Source of the DNA: Patescibacteria group bacterium
GTDB lineage: Bacteria; Patescibacteriota; Kazan-3B-28; UBA10110
Length of the DNA stretch: 64,000 nucleotides
Direction of reading: 5' to 3'
Assembly: GCA_041659905.1 (NCBI GenBank)
Contig: JBAZXK010000002.1
Span: forward strand, 30,723 to 94,722
A program made the position numbers and the translations under genes. Below the pieces are notes generated by a model. It was not told the origin of the DNA and searched no databases. It saw only the letters and a program-made list of their open reading frames with translations. How positions within the stretch are numbered: position 1 is the first letter of the stretch; each line of letters starts with the position of its first letter. Shown here one piece after another: positions 16,767 to 25,831 of the stretch.

Positions 16767-18503
16767 TTAAAATTGTCGGTTGAATTCCTCTAAAAATTCT
16801 TGCAACTTAACTGCATCACCCATCTGCTCGGCTACAATAATCTGGCGATTGAGTTCTGCCAGGGTCAGTTTGGTTTGGCGTTGCTTCAGTAGATTAATGT
16901 AAAATTTCAACTCTTGTTCCACATCCTTCTCTGGCATATCGGCATAATACTCCTCTGTCGTCATGAGAGTTTCTAGGAGATCCACCTTTTCCTGATAGTC
17001 CAGTTTGGCCAGCAGACCGTCAAGAGAAAATTCTCTCCCAGTATAGCAATTTTTTAGTTCCGCGTAAACTTTTTCTGTAAAAGGGTGGGGCCATTTCAGA
17101 TTATTCAGCTCACTCTGGACTTTTTCCCAATAATTTGGCCTAAAAGTTAGTATGCCCAAAATCCGCTTTTCCAGCCAATCCGTTCTGTCTGCCGGCTTAA
17201 TTTCTCCTTTAGGCAAGCCGATCTTATTCGGCTTACGCTTAACTTCTAGATTTTTCAACGCCTCGTACAAATTGGTTTGACTGATACCTAACGTTTCGGA
17301 AAGTTTTTTGACATACTGATCTTTTTCGACCGGACTGCCTAATAAATTGATCGCTGGCAGCACTTCGGCGACAACTTTCTTTTTATCGTTAACGGAAGTA
17401 GTGCCATATTTTTTAGTAGCATAACTGATATAAAAATCAACGATCGGGATCGCTGCCGCGACGGTCGCTCGCCATTTGGCCGGATCAGCTTTAGCACATT
17501 CATCCGGATCTTTGAATCCTTCTAAAACAGCTATTTTGATTTCTAAATCCTTTGCCGAAGCCAATTCAATTACCCGCTTGGTGGCTTCACTGCCCGCTCC
17601 ATCGGCGTCTAAGGCTAAAATCAAAGTTTCGGCGTGTCGGCGCAAAATATCCAGTTGCTCGAGAGTAAGTGCCGTGCCCGATGAGGCTACTACATTGGTC
17701 ACGCCAGCTTGGTACGAAGATAGGGCATCCATTTGTCCTTCCACTAATACAACTGTTTTCTTTTCTTGGATACTTTCTTTAGTCACTGACAGGCCATATA
17801 AAATTCTGCCTTTGTTAAATATGGGGGTTTCGGGTGAATTTAGATATTTAGGCTGATCGTTATTATCCAAAACCCGGCCAGTAAACCCCACCACTCTCCC
17901 ACCAACATCTGTGATGGGGAACATCAAGCGATGACGAAATTTATCGTATTGTTTACCGTTGCGATTGACGATCAGTCCAGCTTTTTCAATTTCTTCCGGG
18001 GTGAATTCTTTGCGCCGTAAAAATTTAAACAAGAAATCCCAGCCAGCAGGGGCATAACCTAACCGAAATTTGGTAATAGTTTCCGGGGCCACCCCGCGAT
18101 TAATCAAGTAATTCATTGCTTGCCGCCCCGCCACCGTATCTGCCATATATTTCTCAAAAAACTTAGCCGATAGCTCGTTGATAGCGAGCAACTTGCTTTT
18201 GACCCCCCAATCCCGCGGTCGGGTTTTTAATTCTACTCCGGCACGCTCGGCGAGCTCTCCTAAAGCTTCTGTGAATTCTAACCCCTCCTTTTTCATCAAG
18301 AACCCAAAGATGTCGCCGCCCGCCCCACAACCAAAACAGTGCCAGATCTGCTTATCTGGGCTCACGATCAGCGAGGGGTCTTTGTCCCCATGGAATGGGC
18401 AAACCGTCCGGAAGTTGCGTCCGGCTTTTTTCAGGGGTAGATACTGCCCAATAAACTCGACAATATCTACTTTGGCTTTGATTTCGTCCAGCTGGTCCAT
18501 CAC
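16767..18503 (-). CDS. dnaG: DNA primase
   Basis: CPFH...CFGC zinc finger, PKYLNSPET, VEGQMD and LDAD TOPRIM motifs. Confidence 0.97.
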   Translation of the reverse strand: MMDQLDEIKAKVDIVEFIGQYLPLKKAGRNFRTVCPFHGDKDPSLIVSPDKQIWHCFGCGAGGDIFGFLMKKEGLEFTEALGELAERAGVELKTRPRDWGVKSKLLAINELSAKFFEKYMADTVAGRQAMNYLINRGVAPETITKFRLGYAPAGWDFLFKFLRRKEFTPEEIEKAGLIVNRNGKQYDKFRHRLMFPITDVGGRVVGFTGRVLDNNDQPKYLNSPETPIFNKGRILYGLSVTKESIQEKKTVVLVEGQMDALSSYQAGVTNVVASSGTALTLEQLDILRRHAETLILALDADGAGSEATKRVIELASAKDLEIKIAVLEGFKDPDECAKADPAKWRATVAAAIPIVDFYISYATKKYGTTSVNDKKKVVAEVLPAINLLGSPVEKDQYVKKLSETLGISQTNLYEALKNLEVKRKPNKIGLPKGEIKPADRTDWLEKRILGILTFRPNYWEKVQSELNNLKWPHPFTEKVYAELKNCYTGREFSLDGLLAKLDYQEKVDLLETLMTTEEYYADMPEKDVEQELKFYINLLKQRQTKLTLAELNRQIIVAEQMGDAVKLQEFLEEFNRQF

Positions 18504-18525
18504 CCACCATTATACCCTGTGGGAT

Positions 18526-18551
18526 TCAACGGCTCACAGGTGAGCCGTTGA
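18526..18551. repeat. REP-like palindrome, TCAACGGCTCA family
   Basis: TCAACGGCTCAC-AG-GTGAGCCGTTGA. Confidence 0.8.
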
Positions 18552-18575
18552 TCACAAACTTTATTTAATCCTCTC

Positions 18576-18842
18576 TTACTCCAAAGAAATTATCTGAATA
18601 CCTTTATCTAGGATTTCTTCGGTGGGCCAAAAAGAATTTTTAAGATCAAGCTTGCCCACATAAGTCACTTTTTTCTCGACATTTCTCCCGGTGTATTGTT
18701 TGGTAGCCGGATCCCATTCTTCTAATACTAATGTGTCGCCTTCATTAACCTCAAAATCATTCAGACGCCAATCATACTTTTTCTTGCCGGAGGCTATATC
18801 TTCGAGATATCCCGGCCACATTTTCTTCTTTACAATCGCCAT
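18576..18842 (-). CDS. ASCH/DUF3850-like small protein
   Basis: KKMWPGYLEDIASGKKKYDWRLNDF..GDTLVLEEWDP...YTGR. Confidence 0.8.
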   Translation of the reverse strand: MAIVKKKMWPGYLEDIASGKKKYDWRLNDFEVNEGDTLVLEEWDPATKQYTGRNVEKKVTYVGKLDLKNSFWPTEEILDKGIQIISLE

Positions 18843-18855
18843 ATTTCCTCCCTAA

Positions 18856-19908
18856 TTAATAACTATTTCTATCCAACCTTTTTATTCTACCAAACAGCCA
18901 GACAATTACGGCAAGAGGCACCGTTGTCCAGATCAACATATGATCGCAGGGTAATAACCAATAAGTTAGATCAATCACTACCCAATGTGCTACATAAATA
19001 AACAACGAAGCATCTCCTAACACTTGCAATACCCCCAGAATCCATTTAACTATTGATGATTTGATTAGTTTAATGATTTTTAGTAGCCAGACCAGCCCAA
19101 GCATGACTGCAAAACCAGCGACAATAGCATACAAGTTAAGCGGATAGATGTGCCAATTAAATGACCACGGGCTAGGACCGGTTTGCCAAACTAAATAAAT
19201 CAGCGTAGCTAATCCGGCCAGTCCGATGAATAATTTACCGGCATACTTTTCAAATCCCCACATAGCTAGATAAAAACCAGCCAAATACGGTATCAGCCAA
19301 AGCGCCAAGGGAAACATAATATTGCTTCGTGCCCACAAAAAATCTGTGAACATGTTATGCGGCCAAGTCACTCCGTAATTCAGCAACACTACTAATAACA
19401 AGGTGATGGCAATAGTAATTCTTGAATACTTGACCCGTTGAACCAGATAAATAAATAGCGGAGAAATAATTAAATAAGCTCCGATAGTCAAAAGAATACT
19501 GATGGGAACGGTAAATGATTTTAAAGTCAAAACATGCCCAAGATCCAGCCAGCCTTTTTCACTAAACTGCCAATAGAATGGTTCGGTGTCAAAATTAAAC
19601 ACCCACAATTTTATTAAATTATACGCATAATAAATACCGATTAGTTTTAATCCATGCCCTACTAACCGCCAGCCTACCTGGGGAGAATTTGTGTTGCGAG
19701 CATAGGCAATAAACACTACACTCCCAGCTAGAGCTACAAAAAATATCAACCCCAAATAAAGCCACTCCTGGCCGGCCTTGCCAAACGAACTAAGTTCAGC
19801 CCCCGACCAATCTACTAAATGAATCGTGATAATAGCCAAAATCGCTAATCCCCGCAGATAAGAAATATATGGATTGCGATTCGATTTAATCTTGGATTGA
19901 TTCTTCAT
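18856..19908 (-). CDS. membrane acyltransferase-3/OpgC-like protein
   Basis: RNPYISYLRGLAILAIITIH, about 10 TM segments and GDASLFIYVAH. Confidence 0.75.
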   Translation of the reverse strand: MKNQSKIKSNRNPYISYLRGLAILAIITIHLVDWSGAELSSFGKAGQEWLYLGLIFFVALAGSVVFIAYARNTNSPQVGWRLVGHGLKLIGIYYAYNLIKLWVFNFDTEPFYWQFSEKGWLDLGHVLTLKSFTVPISILLTIGAYLIISPLFIYLVQRVKYSRITIAITLLLVVLLNYGVTWPHNMFTDFLWARSNIMFPLALWLIPYLAGFYLAMWGFEKYAGKLFIGLAGLATLIYLVWQTGPSPWSFNWHIYPLNLYAIVAGFAVMLGLVWLLKIIKLIKSSIVKWILGVLQVLGDASLFIYVAHWVVIDLTYWLLPCDHMLIWTTVPLAVIVWLFGRIKRLDRNSY

Positions 19909-20282
19909 TACATTACCCTACCTCGAAGCTCTTTTCTGATCTGCTTATGATCTGGGATGGTTTTGGCGACTAATTCCCAGAATTTTTTTGAGTGATTAAA
20001 CTCCCCTAAATGGCACAATTCGTGCACAACAATATAATCCGCTACTTCTAGGGGTAATAAGACCACTCGATAATTAAAATTGAGATTGCCTTTTTTAGAA
20101 CAGCTCCCCCAACGGCTGCGCTGGTTCCGAATACTAACCCGCTTAATCGGAAATTGATACTGTCGGTTAAAATGAGCTAGTCGCTCCGACACCAATGCCC
20201 GAGCTTGTTCTTTATACTCTAAGAATTCGGCCCTTTTATATCGCCGGATCCTGAATCTAACAATAGAGCCCAATCGTGCCAA
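19908..20282 (-). CDS. YgjP/DUF45-like zinc metalloprotein
   Basis: RSRWGSCS and DYIVVHELCHL..NHSKKFW. Confidence 0.88.
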   Translation of the reverse strand: MARLGSIVRFRIRRYKRAEFLEYKEQARALVSERLAHFNRQYQFPIKRVSIRNQRSRWGSCSKKGNLNFNYRVVLLPLEVADYIVVHELCHLGEFNHSKKFWELVAKTIPDHKQIRKELRGRVM

Positions 20283-20298
20283 TTCAGACTTTTAGTTC

Positions 20299-20670
20299 TT
20301 ATGATCTTATCGGTGAATAAAAAACTAGCTTGTATCCATCCGGATCTTTTACGACAAACTCGCGTTTGCCCCAAGGCCAGGTTTTCGGCTCGGTCCTGGG
20401 AACAATACCATTACTCTGAATGGTTTCAAAGTATTTATCCGCATCATCAACTTCTATATAGGTATATATACCTAGTCCTTTTGGTTGCAGCCCCGATTCG
20501 TTCCGAATGGGAGTTTTATTCTCATCAATGAACACTAAAGTGAAATCGCCCAGTTTTATCTTCAATTGATCTTCTGATTTTTGTATATCAAAACCTAGCT
20601 GCGTATAAAATTGCGCGGTTTGCTCGAGATTACTGACAAAAAACAAGTTGGAGTGAAATCTTTTAATCAT
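20299..20670 (-). CDS. VOC (glyoxalase/bleomycin resistance) family protein
   Basis: FVSNLEQTAQFYTQLGF and PWGKREFVVKDPDGY. Confidence 0.9.
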   Translation of the reverse strand: MIKRFHSNLFFVSNLEQTAQFYTQLGFDIQKSEDQLKIKLGDFTLVFIDENKTPIRNESGLQPKGLGIYTYIEVDDADKYFETIQSNGIVPRTEPKTWPWGKREFVVKDPDGYKLVFYSPIRS

Positions 20671-21227
20671 AATAGAATTCGTTTTATCTTATTTCTTTTA
20701 TTAAGAATGATTTCCAAGTTTTTATTATGTCCATGTGGGCTCGCCGGGGATGGATGCCAGAGCGGTAATATAAACAGTTTTTTATATTGATAAACAACCG
20801 GGTTGATCTCCCCTATCACCAGTTTAACGCCAAAAACTTCTTCTAATATATCTTTGGTAATTACTCCTAAGGAAAAGATAATTTTTATTGGATATGTGCT
20901 TACCTGAGACAAAAGATGATCTCCCGAACGAAGACCACAAGATTTTAGTATTTTACGATTATTTCCTATATAACACTTGGCTATTTCTGTAAAAGCACAT
21001 CTCTCAAGAGTGAGATTAAGACCAGCTAACTCTTCGTTCAGTCGTTTGCCCGTAGGCACCAACTTACCTTCCGGAGTATAGAAAGCTTTTCCAGAATTAA
21101 CCCAACCATTCCGAGCTAGCGATTCACCTAGGATAAGAACCTTACTGCCAACCCCGACCCCTGGTTGAAAGAAAAATGAAGGCGGTTTAGTTTGGATACT
21201 GCCACAGTTATGAATTTCTTCTACCAT
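20667..21227 (-). CDS. uracil-DNA glycosylase superfamily protein
   Basis: VLILGES, TEIAKC and LPLWHPSP. Confidence 0.8.
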   Translation of the reverse strand: MVEEIHNCGSIQTKPPSFFFQPGVGVGSKVLILGESLARNGWVNSGKAFYTPEGKLVPTGKRLNEELAGLNLTLERCAFTEIAKCYIGNNRKILKSCGLRSGDHLLSQVSTYPIKIIFSLGVITKDILEEVFGVKLVIGEINPVVYQYKKLFILPLWHPSPASPHGHNKNLEIILNKRNKIKRILL

Positions 21228-21710
21228 CTACTCTGACTGACTTGAGGTATTTTTCGTTTTCTGTAAATATCCTTTAGCTATATCGGCCACACCTTCATTT
21301 TCAGTAAATTCGGTTAGTGTAGATTGGATTTTGTCTAATAGAGAGATAATCCGTTCATCAGAACTGCGCTGAGCTAAAGCACAAGCAGCTCGGAATCTAG
21401 GGTAAGGATTCTCTTCATCAGTTTTCTGCATTAAGTTAAGTAGATTCTCTATATCGGAATCTTCTAATTCCTGATTGGTTAATTCTAAAGTGCTGGCGGC
21501 CAAATCGCGCAATCCAGAATCTTCATTATCTAAATTATCCTTGGCCCATTCCACTACCGCGGGGCTATCGGCAATTTCTGGCAAAGTGGCATCTATCTCT
21601 TTCCAACCCTCGGAATCATTGCGCTGAGCTAAAGCTATTATTTTTTCCAAAGTCTCGCGCTCTTCTTCATTATCCATATTGTTTTCCCCCATTCTTTCTT
21701 GGTATTTCAT
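21228..21710 (-). CDS. hypothetical acidic protein, HEAT-repeat-like
   Basis: LRDLAASTL and YPRFRAACALA helical repeats. Confidence 0.65.
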   Translation of the reverse strand: MKYQERMGENNMDNEEERETLEKIIALAQRNDSEGWKEIDATLPEIADSPAVVEWAKDNLDNEDSGLRDLAASTLELTNQELEDSDIENLLNLMQKTDEENPYPRFRAACALAQRSSDERIISLLDKIQSTLTEFTENEGVADIAKGYLQKTKNTSSQSE

Positions 21711-21831
21711 ATTTCTTAATTATTAGTTTATTCCAGCTGGTAAACGCCTCTCGGCTACGCTCGAGGCACTCGACTGTCCGCTCTGGTCGTAGACCACGAG
21801 CGAGCTTAACTTTATAGTTAAGCGAGTCGAG

Positions 21832-21919
21832 TGGCGGAGAGGGCGGGATTTGAACCCGCGATACCTTGCGGTATGCCCGCTTTCCAAGCGAGTGCACTAG
21901 GCCACTATGCGACCTCTCC
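21832..21919 (-). tRNA. tRNA-Ser (GGA)
   Basis: GGAGAGGTCGCATAGTGG...CTCGC-TTGGAAA-GCGGG, long variable arm, GGTTCAAATCC and CCA end. Confidence 0.95.
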
Positions 21920-22017
21920 ACTAAACGCCTCTCGGCGCAATTAACCAATTGCCAATTTAACCAATGTGCACCAATATAACACCAATTACCTTATTATTGT
22001 AGCAGGAGTTAGTATAC

Positions 22018-22053
22018 GATTCTGGAGTCGCTTTGTAAGCTCCCCAGAATGAC
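22018..22053. repeat. REP-like palindrome, GATYC...GRATGAC family
   Basis: GATTCTGGAGTCGCTTTGTAAGCTCCCCAGAATGAC. Homologous to the copy inside rpsF. Confidence 0.75.
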
Positions 22054-22055
22054 GC

Positions 22056-22241
22056 CCAAGCCAGCCATTGGAGGAGGGATGTTCTGAATTGAGCCAAATC
22101 CTTGGCGCGGGGAGATGTTTGAGGCCGATGTGCTATCGGCCGAGTTTCGACCTAAAGCGGTAAGAGGATTTGGCCAATGAATAATCCCGACGAACGAGCT
22201 GGGACTTTGGTGTTACCTTTCTAGAAAGGTAACAGAAAAAA
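22056..22241. ncRNA. structured intergenic element, copy 1 (putative ncRNA or MITE)
   Basis: Shares GCCATTGRAGGAGGGATGT, GCCG-loop-CGGC(C)GAG and GACTTTGG..TTAC-hairpin-GTAACAGAAAAA with 58140-58340. Nested stems. Confidence 0.6.
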
Positions 22242-22250
22242 TGATTTCTG

Positions 22251-22319
22251 GAGATCCTGAAACAAGTTCAGGATGACGGGAAGAAAAAGGCCTAGATTCC
22301 GGATCAAGTCCGGAATGAC
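22251..22319. repeat. two tandem REP-like palindromes, GATYC...GRATGAC family
   Basis: GAGATCCTGAAACAAGTTCAGGATGAC and AGATTCCGGATCAAGTCCGGAATGAC. Confidence 0.8.
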
Positions 22320-22345
22320 AAAAAATCATAGGAAACTACATAGGG

Positions 22346-22374
22346 TTGACGGGAAGGGCAAAATGCCCTACACT
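22346..22374 (+). promoter_or_regulatory. sigma70 promoter for the rpsF operon
   Basis: TTGACG-17 nt-TACACT. Confidence 0.7.
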
Positions 22375-22455
22375 CGGATTACTTTATAACTTAACCTTTT
22401 CTCCCCTTCGACCATGCTCAGGGGGATTCCCCATGGGAAAGGAAATTTTTTGCTT

Positions 22456-23085
22456 ATGGAAGAAAATAATGTCTATGAATTAGCTGTGGTTATCTCCCCT
22501 GACCTATCAGAGTTCGATGTCCAAAAGATTGTCGACAAGGTCAAAATCTCTATTGCCTCTAAGGGAGGTTCGGCTCAACAGGAACATACTTGGGGGAAAA
22601 AGCGCTTGGCTTATCCCATCGGTAAAGCCGAGTTTGGGTATTATCAGACCTTGATTTTCGACTCCCCTAAAGAGGCTATTGCCGAAATCGATAAAGATAT
22701 TAGACTAACCCCGGAAATCATTCGGCATTTGATTATCTCATTGGAAAAAGAAGGAATCACGGCAGAGCAATTATTTACACCTGAGAAAGAAGCGGTTTTG
22801 ATCGCGACGATAGCCAAAGAAAAAATGGAACCGAGCCGGCCACATCAGACTAGAGCGAGTAGAGGCAGGATAACGCCGGCGATAGTTGCGGATATTCCAG
22901 GAACCAAAGATTCTGGAGTCGCCCCAGAGGAAAGCTCCCCTGCCTACCGGCAGGCAGGCCAGAATGATGACATAAAAGAGGTGGTAGATATTGCTGAGCC
23001 TGTGGTAGAAGAGACTGCCGATGAAGCGGCCAAGCGGAGAGAAGAATTAGATAAGAAATTAGACGAATTATTAAAAGAAGAATAG
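22456..23085 (+). CDS. rpsF: 30S ribosomal protein S6 with long acidic C-terminal extension containing an in-frame palindromic insertion
   Basis: YELAVVISPDL, WGKKRLAYPI and IIRHLI. Start placed at MEENNVYEL. Confidence 0.93.
   Translation: MEENNVYELAVVISPDLSEFDVQKIVDKVKISIASKGGSAQQEHTWGKKRLAYPIGKAEFGYYQTLIFDSPKEAIAEIDKDIRLTPEIIRHLIISLEKEGITAEQLFTPEKEAVLIATIAKEKMEPSRPHQTRASRGRITPAIVADIPGTKDSGVAPEESSPAYRQAGQNDDIKEVVDIAEPVVEETADEAAKRREELDKKLDELLKEE
22909..22971. repeat. nested REP-like elements inside rpsF (CCTGCCTACCGGCAGGCAGG at 22939-22958 within a GATTC...GAATGA copy)
   Basis: Direct comparison with 22018-22053 and 24638-24657. Confidence 0.8.
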
Positions 23086-23163
23086 AGATTCCTCGACAAG
23101 CTCGGAATGACACTCTTTCTGTCATCCTGAGCGGAGTCCTTTCTGGACGGAGTCGAAGGATCT
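23086..23163. repeat. inverted pair of REP-like palindromes, GATYC...GRATGAC family
   Basis: AGATTCCTCGACAAGCTCGGAATGAC and GTCATCCTGAGCGGAG...GGAGTCGAAGGATCT. Confidence 0.8.
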
Positions 23164-23197
23164 GAAACAAAAGTTATAGTGAATAACTTTTAAGGAA

Positions 23198-23710
23198 ATG
23201 CGTGATCTAAATAAAGTAATGCTGATTGGTAATGTCGTCCGCGATCCGGAAATCCGGACCATTCCGTCCGGACAAAGCGTGGCGGCTATTTCGATCGCCA
23301 CCAATAGAAGCTGGAACGATAATGCCGGTGAACTCCAGAAAGCGGTGGAATATACCGATATTGTAGCTTGGGGCAAACTGGCGGAAATCGCCGGACAAAT
23401 CCTCAAAAAAGGCCGCAGAATGTATGTGGAAGGTAGATTGCAAACCCGGAACTGGGAAGGCCAAGATGGTGTCAAAAGATATAAGACCGAGGTAATCGCG
23501 AGCGACTTAATCGTTTTAGATAAACCGCAAGGAATTAACATGAACGGCACTACTGAAGCTACAACTATGCCAGAAATAACCACTCCAGCAACAGTTATGC
23601 CAGCAGCTGAATCCCCGGTAGAACCAGCTGGATCAGTGCCTCAGCCGATGGCAGTGGGCGCCACCGCCGCTCCCGCCGAGGAAATTGATATCGAAGATAT
23701 ACCGTTTTAA
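23198..23710 (+). CDS. ssb: single-stranded DNA-binding protein
   Basis: LNKVMLIGN, VEGRLQTRNW and C-terminal EDIPF. Confidence 0.97.
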   Translation: MRDLNKVMLIGNVVRDPEIRTIPSGQSVAAISIATNRSWNDNAGELQKAVEYTDIVAWGKLAEIAGQILKKGRRMYVEGRLQTRNWEGQDGVKRYKTEVIASDLIVLDKPQGINMNGTTEATTMPEITTPATVMPAAESPVEPAGSVPQPMAVGATAAPAEEIDIEDIPF

Positions 23711-23790
23711 AAAATTACTGTTCGAGGCAGATGCCGAGAACTATAGTTCTCACTTCGTTCGAACAATAAATTAAATAATAATTAATAAAT

Positions 23791-24051
23791 ATGGCTTTTA
23801 AATCATTCAAGAAAAAACCAGCAACTTTCCCCCGCTACACTACGACAGTCAAAAAATATTGTCATTTTTGTCATGAAAAGATCGATTATATCGATTATAA
23901 AAATGTCAAAACTCTATCCAAATATTTGTCGCGGTATATGAAGATTGAACCGCGTCGCCGGAGCGGCAATTGTGCCAAGCATCAACGCATGGTGGCAACA
24001 GCCCTAAAACGGGCCCGGCATCTGGCTTTAATGCCTTACACCATCCACTAA
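23791..24051 (+). CDS. rpsR: 30S ribosomal protein S18 (Zn-binding form)
   Basis: CHFC...IDYKNV...CAKHQR...[11 protein letters not shown]. Confidence 0.97.
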   Translation: MAFKSFKKKPATFPRYTTTVKKYCHFCHEKIDYIDYKNVKTLSKYLSRYMKIEPRRRSGNCAKHQRMVATALKRARHLALMPYTIH

Positions 24052-24055
24052 ATCA

Positions 24056-24613
24056 ATGTTAGACATCACTGATCTTAAAACTGGTGTCATTATCGAATTA
24101 GAAGGCGCCCCTATGGAAGTAGTGCGGTATCAGCACACTAAAATGGGCCGGGGCGGTGCAATTTTACGCACAACTCTAAAAAACTTACTGACTGGCGCTA
24201 ATGTCGAACGGACATTCAGGAGTGAAAAGTTCAACGAAGCCGATATCACTCGCAGTAAAGCCCAATATCTTTATAAAGACGGTGGGAACTTTACTTTTAT
24301 GGACAGCATCACCTTTGAGCAGTTTAACCTGAGCCAAGACGTAATTGGTCATAATGCCAATTATCTAGCAGAAGGCCGGGAAGTGGAATTGGTTTATTTT
24401 AACGGTAACCCAATTAGCATCCAATTGCCGCTGAAAATGAAATTTAAAATTATTCAGGCCGATCCAGCCGTTAAGGGCGACACTGTCACTAATCCTTCTA
24501 AAAACGCTACCCTGGAAACGGGTATGCATATCAAAGTACCTATGTTTGTGAAAGAGGGTGATACGATTTTAGTAGATACCCGCGATGGCAGCTACATCGA
24601 ACGGGTTAATTGA
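24056..24613 (+). CDS. efp: elongation factor P
   Basis: HTKMGRGGA loop, AQYLYKDG, KGDT, ATLETG and VDTRDGSYIER. Confidence 0.96.
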   Translation: MLDITDLKTGVIIELEGAPMEVVRYQHTKMGRGGAILRTTLKNLLTGANVERTFRSEKFNEADITRSKAQYLYKDGGNFTFMDSITFEQFNLSQDVIGHNANYLAEGREVELVYFNGNPISIQLPLKMKFKIIQADPAVKGDTVTNPSKNATLETGMHIKVPMFVKEGDTILVDTRDGSYIERVN

Positions 24614-24631
24614 CGACATATTCCTTGTGTC

Positions 24632-24723
24632 GTCATCCCTGCCTACCGGTAGGCAGGCTCGCCTCGTCGGGGATCGTATAAATTAATATAAGATTCTGGA
24701 CGCACTTCGTTTGCCAGAATGAC
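24632..24723. repeat. REP-like cluster: CCTGCCTACCGGTAGGCAGG nested in a GTCATC...GGGATC copy, plus AGATTCTGG...CCAGAATGAC
   Basis: Perfect 20-bp palindrome at 24638-24657. Second element at 24691-24723. Confidence 0.8.
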
Positions 24724-24739
24724 GGATAAAAAATAAGTT

Positions 24740-25831
24740 ATGGGATTATCAATCGGTATTGTCGGGTTACCCAATGTTGGAAAATCGACGCTGTTTAACG
24801 CCTTGATGGGCAAGGCCCAGGCGGCAGCGAGCAATTTTCCGTTTTGTACGATTGAACCTAATGTCGGTACCGTGCCTGTTCCCGATTCCCGACTAGACGT
24901 ACTGGCCAAATTAGAAAATTCTGAAAAAAGCGTTCCCACGGCCGTAGAATTTGTGGATATTGCCGGATTAGTCAAAGGTGCCAGTGAAGGTCAGGGCCTG
25001 GGCAATCAATTTTTGGGCCATGTCCGAGAATGCGACGCCATTATTGAAGTGGTGCGCCTATTTAATGACACCAATGTGATTCATGTCAGCGGTGCCGTAG
25101 ACCCTAAAGAAGACATCTCGACTATCAATACGGAACTTCTGATCGCGGATATGCAGGCTCTGGAAAAACGCGTTGGGCGAGAAACCAAAGAAGCTAAAAC
25201 CGATATTAAACTACAGCCCCGAGTAGAATTTTTGCGTAAGATCAAATCACATATCGATGCGGGACAACCGGCGAGAACTTTTGCGGCCAATGATGAAGAA
25301 AAAATTTGGCTCCGAGAACTCTGCTTACTCACTAGTAAACCAATTTTATATGTGGCTAATGTGGACGAAGAACAACTAAAACAACCGGACTTAATCGAAA
25401 AACTCAAACAGCAGGTTGAGGATGTTTTCCCCGAAATTATTGCCCTTAATGCTAAAGCCGAGTCCGAACTTTCGCAGATGTGCATGGAAGATCAGGATTT
25501 ATTACTGAAAGAATTGGGTATGGACGAACCCGGATTAAACAAAGTCATTCGCGCTGGCTATAAATTACTTAATTTAATTACCTTTTTTACGGCTGGACCC
25601 AAAGAGGCCCGAGCCTGGACGATCCGCTTGGGCGCCAAAGCGCCCCAGGCCGCCGGGGTAATTCATACCGATTTTGAAAAAGGCTTCATCCGGGCCGAAA
25701 CTATCAGCTACGCTGACTTTGTCCAGTACGGTGGCTGGAAGGGCGCTGGCGAGGCTGGAAAAGCCCGCCAAGAAGGCAAAGAATACATCGTCCAAGATGG
25801 CGATGTCATGCTCTTCCGATTCAATGTCTAA
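24740..25831 (+). CDS. ychF: redox-regulated ATPase YchF
   Basis: GIVGLPNVGKSTLFN, FCTIEPN, DIAGLVKGAS and VIHTDFEKGFIRAE. Confidence 0.97.
   Translation: MGLSIGIVGLPNVGKSTLFNALMGKAQAAASNFPFCTIEPNVGTVPVPDSRLDVLAKLENSEKSVPTAVEFVDIAGLVKGASEGQGLGNQFLGHVRECDAIIEVVRLFNDTNVIHVSGAVDPKEDISTINTELLIADMQALEKRVGRETKEAKTDIKLQPRVEFLRKIKSHIDAGQPARTFAANDEEKIWLRELCLLTSKPILYVANVDEEQLKQPDLIEKLKQQVEDVFPEIIALNAKAESELSQMCMEDQDLLLKELGMDEPGLNKVIRAGYKLLNLITFFTAGPKEARAWTIRLGAKAPQAAGVIHTDFEKGFIRAETISYADFVQYGGWKGAGEAGKARQEGKEYIVQDGDVMLFRFNV

Noticed and set aside
21670-21948. 92-aa ORF
   Set aside because: Reads through tRNA-Ser(GGA) and palindromic repeats.
22056-22241. 6S RNA, SRP RNA or T-box identity for the structured element
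   Set aside because: Two divergent copies plus an extra terminal hairpin, with no SRP loop or T-box consensus recognisable by eye. Left unassigned pending cmscan.
22414-22455. Upstream start of rpsF (MLRGIPHG...)
   Set aside because: S6 homology begins at MEENNVYEL. The upstream segment is more likely a structured leader, and an S6:S18 leader could not be confirmed.
22018-24723. Clustered short repeats as a possible CRISPR array
   Set aside because: Repeats are not identical, spacing is irregular, orientation is mixed and no cas genes are present.
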